The notes beneath the pieces are model-generated. The model was not told where the DNA came from and did no database searches. It was given only the letters and a program-made list of their open reading frames with translations. From the IMG/VR virus record IMGVR_UViG_3300046812_000144: a DNA stretch of 20,000 bases; one strand, written 5' to 3'. Shown one piece after another: positions 1-8,639 of this stretch (the stretch's first letter is position 1; each line of letters opens with the position of its first letter). This DNA comes from an uncultured virus (IMG/VR IMGVR_UViG_3300046812_000144) (Duplodnaviria; Heunggongvirae; Uroviricota; Caudoviricetes). The translations under genes were made by a program, and so were the position numbers.

Positions 1-337
1 GACGAGCGTCGTAGAGTTGATCGTTGGTCATCGACTGGAGCATCGCTTCGTGGATGCGCTCCATCGACGTCTCGTGGATCAGGAGCGAGAAGAACTTCAG
101 GAGCCCCTCGCCGAAGCAGACGCCGCCCGCGAGGAACTCGTCGGGATAGCGATCTTGCCGCTCGCGAGAGCGGTCCTTCCACATCGCGTTCATGCTCGCG
201 ATGATCGAGAGCATGTAGGGCTTGAAGCTGTCGTCGTACGCCGGGCTGTTGAGCACGAACTCGATCTGACCGAGTTGACGCTCATCCAGCCGGCGAAGGT
301 CGAACATCTCGCGGAAGTCACCGCGTTGTCCTGCCAT
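1..337 (-). CDS. Hypothetical phage protein downstream of the portal (3' end runs off the window; not in the supplied ORF track)
   Basis: ATG at 337 is preceded by AAAGGAG. The frame is open to the window edge (MAGQRGDFREMFDLRRLDERQLGQIEFVLNSPAY...) with phage-like GC3-rich codons. Confidence 0.75.
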   Translation of the reverse strand, partial: MAGQRGDFREMFDLRRLDERQLGQIEFVLNSPAYDDSFKPYMLSIIASMNAMWKDRSRERQDRYPDEFLAGGVCFGEGLLKFFSLLIHETSMERIHEAMLQSMTNDQLYDAR

Positions 338-349
338 GGTCTACTCCTT

Positions 350-2320
350 TCAGGAGTGATTCAACGCCGCCATCATCATCGCGTTCTTGCCGATGTCGGG
401 CGGGTTGAGCATGGACGCCGGAGCGCCCATACCGGCCGGCGCGCCTGTCGGCATGCCGGGTACGGCTGAAGGACCGCCGTTGGCAATCTGGCCGGAAGTC
501 GGGATGCCCGCGAGACCTGCCGGACCGCCCGCCTGCTGTGCCATTGCCGCAAGCTGCGGATTCTGGGTGAAGATGTCGTTGATCGAGGGAACCTCGAACA
601 CGCGGAAGATGCCACGGAAGAAGTTCACCGCGTTGATCTGGCCCATCAACGATTGCCCGAGGGGGCTCGACAGGGCTTGCAGGAGCGACAGCAGGTTCTG
701 CTGCTGCATCTGCTTGCTGAGTCCCATCGTCGCACCCATCGCCCGCGCTTGGTAGCTCGGGAACAGGTCGTATCCGCTGAGGACTTCCCTCGATGCAGGA
801 ATGGGCATCCCAGTGTCGGGGTCCAACTGCGCGCCATCCCCGAGGATCATCACCTCGATGGGCGGCTCAAGGAACTGCTTCGAGAGCGCGCTGAACATGT
901 TCGCCAGCGGCTCCAGCATGGTCTCTTCGTAGATGCGCGACTCCAGCATCAGGCGGGTGCCAGCAGCCTCGCGCCGGCCCACGAACTCGCGGGCGGTCTG
1001 GCGGCTGTCGGAACCGAGGCCCATGACGGCGTCGTCGACGAGGCCCGTGCCCATCTGGGCGAACTCGCGGACCTGTGCGATCTTGTTGTCGGCCACGGTG
1101 AGGCCCGACATGTCGTGACCCATCGGCATGATCGCCTGCGACGGGTTGCCGTTCAGGCCGATGAAGCGGCCGGGGCGGCTGTAGAGGTTGCGCGTGATGA
1201 GGCCAGCGCCACGATCGTAGAACCACATCGGATCGATCATGAGATCGGCCGCGTCGAGGCTCTGGTTCAGGTAGCGATTGCCGACGATCTGGAGCTTCTC
1301 GATGATCTCGGCCTTGCCCGGCGCGTAGAAGTAGTGCGGGTCAGGCGTCGGCGAGAAGGCGAGGAACGGCAGCCGCCCGTGGTTGTACGGGTTCGGCCGG
1401 TTCCGCATCAGGTAACGGCGGTTGGCGACAGTGACGACGCGGTTCAGGTCGCCGTCGGGCGAAAGCTCCGAAGGCACACGACCCCAGAACTCAAGGATCT
1501 CGATCGGGCGGGCGTACTTGTCCATGTAGCGCGCGGTCTCGTCGTCCATGCCCGTGCGGACTTGGAAGCGACGGATCGAGGTGACGAGTTCGGAGTTGCC
1601 GCCTCCGATTGCTCCCTCGCGCTCCATGCGGGCCACTTCGGACTTGTCGAACGTGCCGATCTCCGCGAGGTAGCGGATGTCGTCGAGGTCGAGAAAGTAG
1701 CGGCGGACGACCCACTTCATGTCGCGCAGGCGCGAGACGGCCGGCTGCGGGAAGAAGTCGAGGAGGTCGACCATGATGGACTCGGGGCCGTCGAACATGA
1801 CGACCTTGCCCTTGCGGATGTGGCGAACGACCTTGCCCGAGAGAGGCATGCGGTCGATCTGTTCCATGATACGGGTCTGCTCGTCGCGCTTCCAGCCCAC
1901 CTGCATCACGGCAACGCCGTAGAGGCCAGAGGCCACGAGGAGATCCACCTGCTTCAGGAAGGCGCTGTCGTCCTTCATCTGCGCGGCGTTCAGGGCCTCC
2001 TGTTTCTGCGCGGTCTTCCGGTCATCCGGGCCGTAGCCCATGAAGTTGACGGGAGGATACGAGGAGAGCGAGGCTGCGGCCTTGCGCGCTGCGTCGGCCC
2101 ACAGGGCGCTGAAGATCAGTGGGATGTGGACGTTGTTCTTGTGCGGGTGGAAGCGGCCAGACCACGAGCCACGCCAGAGGTCGTAGAGCCGGGGCCACTT
2201 GGAGCGGATGCCGTTGAACTGCGACTCGGAGTAGCGCAGGCAGTCGATGACCATGTTCGCCATCTGCTGCTTGTAGGCGTAGTCGGACGGCTCGCGCTGA
2301 ATGGCAAGAGCAGAGATCAT
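350..2320 (-). CDS. Portal protein (large, podovirus/P22-like type)
   Basis: 656 aa, downstream of the terminase. It has portal-like segments (GLYGVAVMQVGW, DFFPQP, ILEFWG, NPYNHGRLPF, SRQTARE) and a low-complexity Q/G/P/A-rich C-terminus. Confidence 0.85.
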   Translation of the reverse strand: MISALAIQREPSDYAYKQQMANMVIDCLRYSESQFNGIRSKWPRLYDLWRGSWSGRFHPHKNNVHIPLIFSALWADAARKAAASLSSYPPVNFMGYGPDDRKTAQKQEALNAAQMKDDSAFLKQVDLLVASGLYGVAVMQVGWKRDEQTRIMEQIDRMPLSGKVVRHIRKGKVVMFDGPESIMVDLLDFFPQPAVSRLRDMKWVVRRYFLDLDDIRYLAEIGTFDKSEVARMEREGAIGGGNSELVTSIRRFQVRTGMDDETARYMDKYARPIEILEFWGRVPSELSPDGDLNRVVTVANRRYLMRNRPNPYNHGRLPFLAFSPTPDPHYFYAPGKAEIIEKLQIVGNRYLNQSLDAADLMIDPMWFYDRGAGLITRNLYSRPGRFIGLNGNPSQAIMPMGHDMSGLTVADNKIAQVREFAQMGTGLVDDAVMGLGSDSRQTAREFVGRREAAGTRLMLESRIYEETMLEPLANMFSALSKQFLEPPIEVMILGDGAQLDPDTGMPIPASREVLSGYDLFPSYQARAMGATMGLSKQMQQQNLLSLLQALSSPLGQSLMGQINAVNFFRGIFRVFEVPSINDIFTQNPQLAAMAQQAGGPAGLAGIPTSGQIANGGPSAVPGMPTGAPAGMGAPASMLNPPDIGKNAMMMAALNHS

Positions 2321-2904
2321 GTAGCCCTCTTGAAGTCGGCCGGAAGCGGCAGACGTGTGTATCCGCCGGGTCCGATGAGGCCGTCGGTTTCGACGATCTT
2401 CATGAACAGGTCGAAGGTCAGGTGAACGTCATCACCGCAGTAGCGAAAGAGCTTGCCGAACTTGCCCGTGCGGGCGAGTTCCTTGGCGTTGCCGCCGTGC
2501 TCGATCTTCCCTCGGCCGAGATTGCGGCGAGAGATGCGGTCCAGCGTGAGGTCGCCCTTGCCGGTCTTGATGCCACGCTTGGCGCAGGCACCGGAGAGGG
2601 CCTCGAAGATGTCGTAGTGCTTGCGGACACGCAAGGCCCGTCGGGCCAACCCCTCCATCACTGGCAGGTCGAAGCCCACGGAGTTGAAGCCGACGAGGAG
2701 GTCGGCCTGCTCGATGTGGCGGGCGCACGCTTCGACCTCATGGTCGTCGTATGCGTAGAGCCAGCGATCGCGTGTGTCGTACAGCACGATAGCGGACGCG
2801 CCCCCCTTGCCTTGGCGGAGGAGTTCCCATCCGTGCTCCTTGTCCTTGGGGTCGAGGTCCTCAGCCCAGAGGCGGGACTCGATGTCGAACACGATGACGC
2901 GCAT
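2317..2904 (-). CDS. DEDD/RNase H-like 3'-5' exonuclease (YprB/DnaQ-like fold)
   Basis: Exo I VFDIES, Exo II VGFNSVGFD and Exo III YCGDD motifs are present, plus HYDIF and LDRI. RBS is AGAAAGGA, and the stop overlaps the portal start (ATGA). Confidence 0.8.
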   Translation of the reverse strand: MRVIVFDIESRLWAEDLDPKDKEHGWELLRQGKGGASAIVLYDTRDRWLYAYDDHEVEACARHIEQADLLVGFNSVGFDLPVMEGLARRALRVRKHYDIFEALSGACAKRGIKTGKGDLTLDRISRRNLGRGKIEHGGNAKELARTGKFGKLFRYCGDDVHLTFDLFMKIVETDGLIGPGGYTRLPLPADFKRAT

Positions 2905-2926
2905 AGGCGTCCTTTCTGTAGAAGAG

Positions 2927-3012
2927 GAGGGGGCCGGCCGGAGTCACCGAGCAGGTTGACGAGACCGCTTCTGCCCAATCGCCGTTGCAGGCGCGGGGAA
3001 CCGGCCCACCTC
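2927..3012 (-). other. Intergenic multi-stem structure (candidate cis-regulatory RNA)
   Basis: Closing inverted repeat GAGG-GGGCCGG (2927-2937) / CCGGCCC-A-CCTC (3001-3012). Inner stems are 2949-2954/2971-2976 and 2980-2983/2990-2993. Confidence 0.4.
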
Positions 3013-3202
3013 ACATCGGGGACAACTTCTCCGGGCTCGACGCAATGATGACCGAGCGAAGACCGAAGTCGTTGAGATACCACTCATTGCCATTCGGCAT
3101 CACGAACTTGTGGTACGTGCCGGCCGGGTTGGCGATGAGTTCGTGGCTCTTGACCTCGAAGACCTCGTTCATCCCGGTGCCGACGATACGGACAGTTTTC
3201 AC
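3011..3202 (-). CDS. Hypothetical protein (63 aa)
   Basis: GTG start at 3202 overlaps the upstream stop (GTGA) and follows GGAG. Begins VKTVRIVGTGMNEVFEVK. Confidence 0.65.
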   Translation of the reverse strand: MKTVRIVGTGMNEVFEVKSHELIANPAGTYHKFVMPNGNEWYLNDFGLRSVIIASSPEKLSPM

Positions 3203-4548
3203 GGTGTCTCCTGCCGCATGTAACGGCGGTCGCCCCGCGCGATCGCGGCAGTCTCTTCGGGTGGCGGACCACCCTCGATCTGCTCGAAGGCCCAGAGGTA
3301 GTTGTACGAGGTGTAGCATCCGACGGCAGGCCCCGGCGCGGAGCCGGCGAACTGTACATAGATGGCCGTGCGGTGCTTCGGAAGTGCGTCACCTGAAGCG
3401 ATGTTGTTGATGGTAACCGCAGTCGATTGGTTCGTCGCTACATCGGACGTGACAGACCATGAGTGCGTGTGACCCGCCGCTGCGAAGTTACCCGATGCGC
3501 CGGATGTCGCATTCTTCGAGCCGACCGAAGTACCACCGTTCACCAGATGCGTGTGCGCGTTTTGAGTCGGTTGACAGTTTACGGCCGTGTGGTTGTGGAT
3601 AAGGCCGCCGCCAGTCGTGCCAACTTCACCGTCGTTAGTTGAACCCTTAGCCCAGACAGCGTCAAGGGCTGTGTAGCGAGACCAACTAGCAGGGATTGCA
3701 CTATTGGCACCGATCCAGAGACAGATGATGCTCGTCGGAAGCGTCGCCGCGCTTGACTGGATGACATTGATCTTCGAGAACGGTGGTTCGTGGCTGGACG
3801 AGTTGATCGTCGTCGTCACGGACTGGTTCGTCGCAGTCTGTAGCGTAAGACTCACTGAGTGCGTGTGCCCCGTCGTCGCGATGGGGTCGGTGCCCGCAGG
3901 ACCCGTCCCCGAAAGAGCCGCGTTACCCGGCGTTGAAGTGACTGCGCCGTGAGTGTGCGCGTTTTGCGTGTGCGTGTGGGCCGGTGATGTGTGGGTATGT
4001 GTGTTTGCACCACCAGTTGTTCCACCATCCGTACCGGTTGCAGCCCCTTTCAGGTAGCGATCAGCATACGCGCGTGTCCAGTTCGCCGGAAAGACATCGG
4101 CTGCGAAGAAGGCGAGGCAGCCACTTGGCAAGGTCGCCGGAGTCCCATCGCTTGCGATCCAGATGACTTCGACGAAGGCGAGATCGTTGCTCGTCGCATT
4201 GACGGTGATCGCGATTCCGTTGTTCGTTGCCGTTGCGGCAGCCGAGGCAAAGGCATCGTGACCGTGGGTATCGTCTGCACCTGTACTTGCGACCGTACCG
4301 GTAAAGACGTTGAGAGCATCGCCACCCGGCGCATTGATGGTGTGCGTGTGGGCGTTCTGGACCGGGTTGTGTGAGGGTGACGTATGCGTGTGTGTCGCGA
4401 ACCCTCGGTCGGTGACGAGGTCTGTGTCAGCACCTGCCGCAGAGCCCAGAACGTAACGGGCATCGAGTGCGGTCACGCGCGTCCACCCTGTGGGGATGGA
4501 AACGACCGTCGAGGGCCACGCGACAACGATGTTAGCTGGAACCGCCAT
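3199..4548 (-). CDS. Tail-collar/His-x-His fibre-like protein with three tandem ~133-aa modules
   Basis: Each module has a collar-like P..I..W....IP..W start, a glycine-containing segment leading into H-x-H, then QNAHTH and a third HxH. The protein is T/A/G/S-rich. RBS is GAGAGGA. Confidence 0.7.
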   Translation of the reverse strand: MAVPANIVVAWPSTVVSIPTGWTRVTALDARYVLGSAAGADTDLVTDRGFATHTHTSPSHNPVQNAHTHTINAPGGDALNVFTGTVASTGADDTHGHDAFASAAATATNNGIAITVNATSNDLAFVEVIWIASDGTPATLPSGCLAFFAADVFPANWTRAYADRYLKGAATGTDGGTTGGANTHTHTSPAHTHTQNAHTHGAVTSTPGNAALSGTGPAGTDPIATTGHTHSVSLTLQTATNQSVTTTINSSSHEPPFSKINVIQSSAATLPTSIICLWIGANSAIPASWSRYTALDAVWAKGSTNDGEVGTTGGGLIHNHTAVNCQPTQNAHTHLVNGGTSVGSKNATSGASGNFAAAGHTHSWSVTSDVATNQSTAVTINNIASGDALPKHRTAIYVQFAGSAPGPAVGCYTSYNYLWAFEQIEGGPPPEETAAIARGDRRYMRQETP

Positions 4549-4777
4549 TGCGCTGTCCTCTCAGGAAGTCCTGAAGCTCGACGAGCGATTGCTGGACTTC
4601 CTTGACGAGTTCGCGGACATTGCCGCCCCATGAGCGCGAGGAGACTTTCGGGTACGGATGAAGTTGGCGCGTGCCAGACTCCATCAGGTAGTCTTCCTGT
4701 CGCATTGCGACGTAGAGGTCAGTCACACGGTCGTAGACCTCGGTCTTGCCCGTTTCGAGTTCGATGGTGACCTTCAT
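4532..4777 (-). CDS. Hypothetical protein (81 aa)
   Basis: ATG at 4777 follows AGAAAGGA. Begins MKVTIELETGKTEVYD and has a helical C-terminus. Confidence 0.7.
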   Translation of the reverse strand: MKVTIELETGKTEVYDRVTDLYVAMRQEDYLMESGTRQLHPYPKVSSRSWGGNVRELVKEVQQSLVELQDFLRGQRNGGSS

Positions 4778-4790
4778 TGGTACGTCCTTT

Positions 4791-5024
4791 CTACATCGCT
4801 TGGAGAGCGGTGATTGCTGCACTGATCTGGTCGCGAGCGGCGACCATATCGTTCGTGATCGCTATCTTCGTCGCCTGCTGGTTCGCGGGCGAGAGTAGCG
4901 AGTAAGCTGATGCACCGAGACCGTCGTCGAAGATATTGACGACGCGGTCCCGGTCAGCGAGGAGCTTGTTCGCAGCAGCATTGAGTGCTGCGATCTGTGT
5001 GGCAACTGCTGCGGGAAGAGCCAT
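4791..5024 (-). CDS. Hypothetical Ala-rich helical protein (77 aa)
   Basis: ATG follows TGAGGA directly after the terminase stop; compact operon spacing. Confidence 0.7.
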   Translation of the reverse strand: MALPAAVATQIAALNAAANKLLADRDRVVNIFDDGLGASAYSLLSPANQQATKIAITNDMVAARDQISAAITALQAM

Positions 5025-5030
5025 GATTCC

Positions 5031-6977
5031 TCATACGGGTGCGCGGGGTGGAATCCAGCCGTCCTCCTCGAAGCCACGGACGCCGTCGTCGAGGTAACCG
5101 GAAGCCCGGAGTTCATCGCGCTCGGCCATCATGGTGAGGAGTTCGTCGTTCGTCATGGGCTTGCCCATGTCCTTCAGGTCGTCATCCCACGGGCGACGGA
5201 CTGTTGTTCCCTCGTCCTGCACGAGACCGGGGTCCGTGACGGGCGGTCGCCACAGTTTCGGGGCGAAGCCGTCAGCCGCTGCATCGGCAAGGTCGTCGTG
5301 TGAGACCGTGTCAACCTTGAGGATCTGGTTGACCATCTTCCGCACGATCGGCGTCACGATGAAGTGAGGGCACTGCACATAGACGAGCTTGTTCGTCTTC
5401 GGGTCGAGCACGGGAGGCGGGCACTTGCACTCACCCCTGTTGAGGAGGATGCGCGCGTAGCCGCCCTGCCAGTGACCGGCCGCTGTACGGATGCGGGACT
5501 TCTTGTCCTTCGTACGGTTGAACTGCATGAACTGGTCGTCGCCGAAGTTGAAGCCGGCGGTGCGAAGGAGGCCGAGGATACGGTTCTTGTAGACGCCCTC
5601 TTTGCCACCCGGCTCGGTCTCGTCCGTGATCGCGCGGATGAAGATGCCGCGACGGCGGAGGTTGACGAGGACGGCAATCAGTTCCTTGTTGAAGTCCTCT
5701 TCACGCCACTCGTTCGAGGCGCGGAGGAGTTCGGTGTCGAGGTAGAGCACGCCGTTGTTGCGGGCGTCCTTCAGCCAGACCACGATCACAGAGTCGTCAC
5801 CGCGCCCGATGTTCTCCTTGTTCTTGAACGCCGTGTCGATGTGGACGGTTGCCCACTCGACCGTCACATCCCAGATGAAGTCCGGGTAGGAGACGTAGAG
5901 CCACGGGATCTGCCCCTCGACGAGCGGAGCGTGCTCCGATGCGCCGGGGTTGTTCTGCTGCTGGCCTGCGAACTCCTCGGCGTTGATGCGCTTGCGTCGC
6001 GCGATCTCGGCCACGGTCCACATCTTCGGGTGCGTCGGTAGGCCGGTGGTCTCGTCCTCGGTCTGCCAGAAGAAGACGTGCCAGATGCCTTGGCCGAAGG
6101 GCACCTTGTCGAACATCGACATGTGCGGGCAGGGCATGCCGGTCCACGAGGCGACGCCATCCTCGTGCATGTGGTAGCCCGCGACGTCATCGTCGAGGTA
6201 CCGGGTGCATGTGAGGACACGGAGTCCGTTACGGTGGAGCGCGTTGGCCGACGACATGAAGGCTGACTTCTGCCCTCGCAGGTAGGCCGAGCGGTCCTTC
6301 TTCAGCTTCTCCTGTTCGAGCGGGTCATCCCAGAAAGACTGGCGCGGGTGGTAGCCCGTCGCGCCGATGCCGGCGGACGAGGCGTCGAACGAGGGCTCGC
6401 CGATGTTGCGGGCGCGCCGATAGGAGTGCTTGATGAATGACTTGGTGCGCTCCTGCGCGCCAGTCACCCAGTCGCCGTAGAGCCATACGAACCACGAATC
6501 CGGGTCGTGGTTCTTCCCCCCACCGCAGACTGCAAGGATTGACCCGAGGATGTCACCGGACAACTCGTCGGTCGCAGACTGGATGAGGGTCGTCATGTCG
6601 GGGTCGTTCAGGTGCGACCACAGCGACCCGGCTTTAGTCGATGAGACCGTCTTCCCGAAACCACGCGGCAGGAGAGAGATCAGGTTGTACTGCTCGGGGA
6701 TGCCAGCGAGGGCGTGAGCCTTCCACTGGAGCAGGTGAGTCTGGAGCCATGTGGTGTACGGGATGTGAAGCGGCTCGTACAGCCACTGGGGCTCTGCGGG
6801 ATGCGACGCGAGGTAGTGCTCCGCGCCCCATGCGTGGCGAAGGAAGTGCCACAGGGAGCGAGGGTGCGTCGACCGCATGGGGTTTACATGCCACGCTTCC
6901 GGCGCGCAGATCGCCCGCCAGAGGACCCGCTCGGCTTCCATGTCCCAGTCTTGACGAAGCGCAGAAACTTGAGCCAC
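5031..6977 (-). CDS. terL: Terminase large subunit
   Basis: Walker A LLPRGFGKT, Walker B FWDDP, coupling motif TRY, and nuclease acidic motifs HIDTA, GDDS and HDDLADA. GTG start follows GGGAGG; an alternative ATG lies at 6940. Confidence 0.9.
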   Translation of the reverse strand: MAQVSALRQDWDMEAERVLWRAICAPEAWHVNPMRSTHPRSLWHFLRHAWGAEHYLASHPAEPQWLYEPLHIPYTTWLQTHLLQWKAHALAGIPEQYNLISLLPRGFGKTVSSTKAGSLWSHLNDPDMTTLIQSATDELSGDILGSILAVCGGGKNHDPDSWFVWLYGDWVTGAQERTKSFIKHSYRRARNIGEPSFDASSAGIGATGYHPRQSFWDDPLEQEKLKKDRSAYLRGQKSAFMSSANALHRNGLRVLTCTRYLDDDVAGYHMHEDGVASWTGMPCPHMSMFDKVPFGQGIWHVFFWQTEDETTGLPTHPKMWTVAEIARRKRINAEEFAGQQQNNPGASEHAPLVEGQIPWLYVSYPDFIWDVTVEWATVHIDTAFKNKENIGRGDDSVIVVWLKDARNNGVLYLDTELLRASNEWREEDFNKELIAVLVNLRRRGIFIRAITDETEPGGKEGVYKNRILGLLRTAGFNFGDDQFMQFNRTKDKKSRIRTAAGHWQGGYARILLNRGECKCPPPVLDPKTNKLVYVQCPHFIVTPIVRKMVNQILKVDTVSHDDLADAAADGFAPKLWRPPVTDPGLVQDEGTTVRRPWDDDLKDMGKPMTNDELLTMMAERDELRASGYLDDGVRGFEEDGWIPPRAPV

Positions 6978-7375
6978 TGGAACCTCCCTCGGCTGATGAC
7001 GCCATGCTCGAACGCCATCTCGGGCGTGAGGAGCACCATGTCCGGCTTCGCGCCGTTCCTGTAGATGTCTTCGAGGTGGTTCGTGAGTTCGCGCTCCCAG
7101 AGGGTGCGGACCGTGGGCATCTCACCGATGGTGAAGCCGAGGCGGTGGAGTTCGTCGCCGTTGAGGAGCGCGCCATGTTCGCCGTCGTCCGTGACGATGC
7201 CACGGGCTTCCATCTCGCCCGCGATGCGGAGGCGCTCCTTGCGGCGGTACTCGTCCCAGTACTTCAGGGTCGCTTCGGCGTCATTGGCGTCAGGGACGTC
7301 CGACTTCGCCTTGCGCTGTTGCAGGCGCGTGGAGATCAGCGCCGGCATGTCGTACTCACGGGGGTCGAGGCCCAT
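6884..7375 (-). CDS. Hypothetical protein (163 aa) immediately upstream of terL
   Basis: ATG follows AAAGGAG with GC3-rich codons. The 3' end overlaps terL by up to 94 nt. Confidence 0.7.
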   Translation of the reverse strand: MGLDPREYDMPALISTRLQQRKAKSDVPDANDAEATLKYWDEYRRKERLRIAGEMEARGIVTDDGEHGALLNGDELHRLGFTIGEMPTVRTLWERELTNHLEDIYRNGAKPDMVLLTPEMAFEHGVISRGRFQWLKFLRFVKTGTWKPSGSSGGRSARRKRGM

Positions 7376-7376
7376 G

Positions 7377-7649
7377 TCAGGCTCCTTTCGGAGGAGTGGG
7401 GATCACGCCACGGGTGGCAGAGAACTCACGAGGGTCGACGTAGTTGCGGTGCATCGAGTGCGAACGGGCGGAACGCGCCATGCGCTCGGCGTACAGGATG
7501 TCGGACTCGCTGGCTTCAGGGTTTGCTTCCTTGAAGACGACGCCACCCTTCTTGCCAAGCTCGTCGCAGGTCCCGCACCATGGAAGTGAGAACTCCGAAG
7601 GCTGAACGGGGCTGCCGCAGTTGCGGCACGTCGAGGACATCTGGGACAT
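7377..7649 (-). CDS. Small zinc-finger protein (CxxC...CxxC)
   Basis: ATG at 7649 follows AAGGAG. Contains CRNC and CGTC. Confidence 0.7.
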   Translation of the reverse strand: MSQMSSTCRNCGSPVQPSEFSLPWCGTCDELGKKGGVVFKEANPEASESDILYAERMARSARSHSMHRNYVDPREFSATRGVIPTPPKGA

Positions 7650-8328
7650 TGGATGACTCCTTGAGGGAAGCAGCGAAGGTCGCCGCACTGGGGATCGAGA
7701 GGATCGTCGTGCTCTTCCCTGTGTTGCGGAAGTAGTAGTCGACGTCCGGTGGGACTGGCGTCACGCCAGCAATCGCCCACTCAGGCAAGTGCCGTGCGAT
7801 GTAGGGCGGTCCGAGGCGGACACCGATGAGGTCGTAGTCCGTGCCGGGTGCATGAAGCGAGAAGGACGTGTCGAGCTTGAAGTCGTGGAGAGCGCAGACC
7901 CGATCGTACTTCCACGGGCGACGTTCACGCTCACGCTCGATACGAGGTCCGTGACGGTCATCGATGTAGTCGGGACGGTCGAGGAGGATTTCGAGGTCGA
8001 AGCCGGCCTTCGGGATGCCCGTCTCATCGATGGCACGCTGAAGCATCTTCGGCCAGTCGCGTGGAACGCCTGAGATGTCGAGGTCTGGGTCGGTGATTAC
8101 AAAGGGTTGCGTCGCCATCTCGTCACGAAGGACGTACCATGGAGCGACGTGTCCGATGTTCGCTCCAGCGTGAACTACGCGATAGGGACAGGTCTTGTAC
8201 CAATCGAGTAGTGGCTGGTAGGTGGAAGCATTGTCGAGGAGAACAACCTCGTGCCCTTCTGCCGCGAGCTTCTCTGCCATGGCACGAGGCCAAGTGAGAA
8301 GATTGTGCATGTTGATGATGCAGAGCAT
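7516..8328 (-). CDS. Glycosyltransferase family 2-like protein (GT-A fold)
   Basis: N-terminal VVLLDNAST, ANIGH and a DxD motif (ITDPD). ATG at 8328 overlaps the upstream stop (TGATG) and follows AAGGA. Confidence 0.7.
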   Translation of the reverse strand: MLCIINMHNLLTWPRAMAEKLAAEGHEVVLLDNASTYQPLLDWYKTCPYRVVHAGANIGHVAPWYVLRDEMATQPFVITDPDLDISGVPRDWPKMLQRAIDETGIPKAGFDLEILLDRPDYIDDRHGPRIERERERRPWKYDRVCALHDFKLDTSFSLHAPGTDYDLIGVRLGPPYIARHLPEWAIAGVTPVPPDVDYYFRNTGKSTTILSIPSAATFAASLKESSNVPDVLDVPQLRQPRSAFGVLTSMVRDLRRAWQEGWRRLQGSKP

Positions 8329-8639
8329 CACAGGTTCCTTTCGTTGGGCTCCACCGGGCCAGTACCGTAGGTGATGTCGAGGGCACGGGTGATCCATGGA
8401 GCATCAATGCCCCAGAGGACGTCTGGGGAGGGAGCAAGATTCTTGTCACGTTCACGCGCAGCAACTCGAACGATCCGGTGAATGTGGACGTCGTCGTTGT
8501 GCTCGACCACGAACATCAAGATGCCCTTGGCGTTCGTGTACCAGTACATCTTGTTTGGCTCGCACCAGCAGTCGGTCGAGTCGCGGTGACCGCTGTCGGC
8601 GAGGCAGATGTGAACTTCGTTGCGCCGTTCCATCTTCAT
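8328..8639 (-). CDS. Hypothetical protein with His/Cys metal-binding motif
   Basis: Contains H..C...H...DCWCEP...VEH. ATGA overlap with the upstream gene; RBS is AAGGAGG. Confidence 0.7.
   Translation of the reverse strand: MKMERRNEVHICLADSGHRDSTDCWCEPNKMYWYTNAKGILMFVVEHNDDVHIHRIVRVAARERDKNLAPSPDVLWGIDAPWITRALDITYGTGPVEPNERNL

Noticed and set aside
653..2425. 590-aa plus-strand ORF
   Set aside because: It is the antisense shadow of the portal gene, typical of high-GC3 coding DNA, with no recognisable motifs.
2931..3007. Hammerhead or HDV-like ribozyme (GTC...TTGACGA...GGAAC on the + strand)
   Set aside because: The core deviates from CUGANGA/GAAA, stem III does not pair in register, and no HDV nested pseudoknot could be built.
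3199..4548. Diversity-generating retroelement target
   Set aside because: No reverse transcriptase or near-identical template/variable repeat pair in the window; the internal repeats are diverged at protein level.
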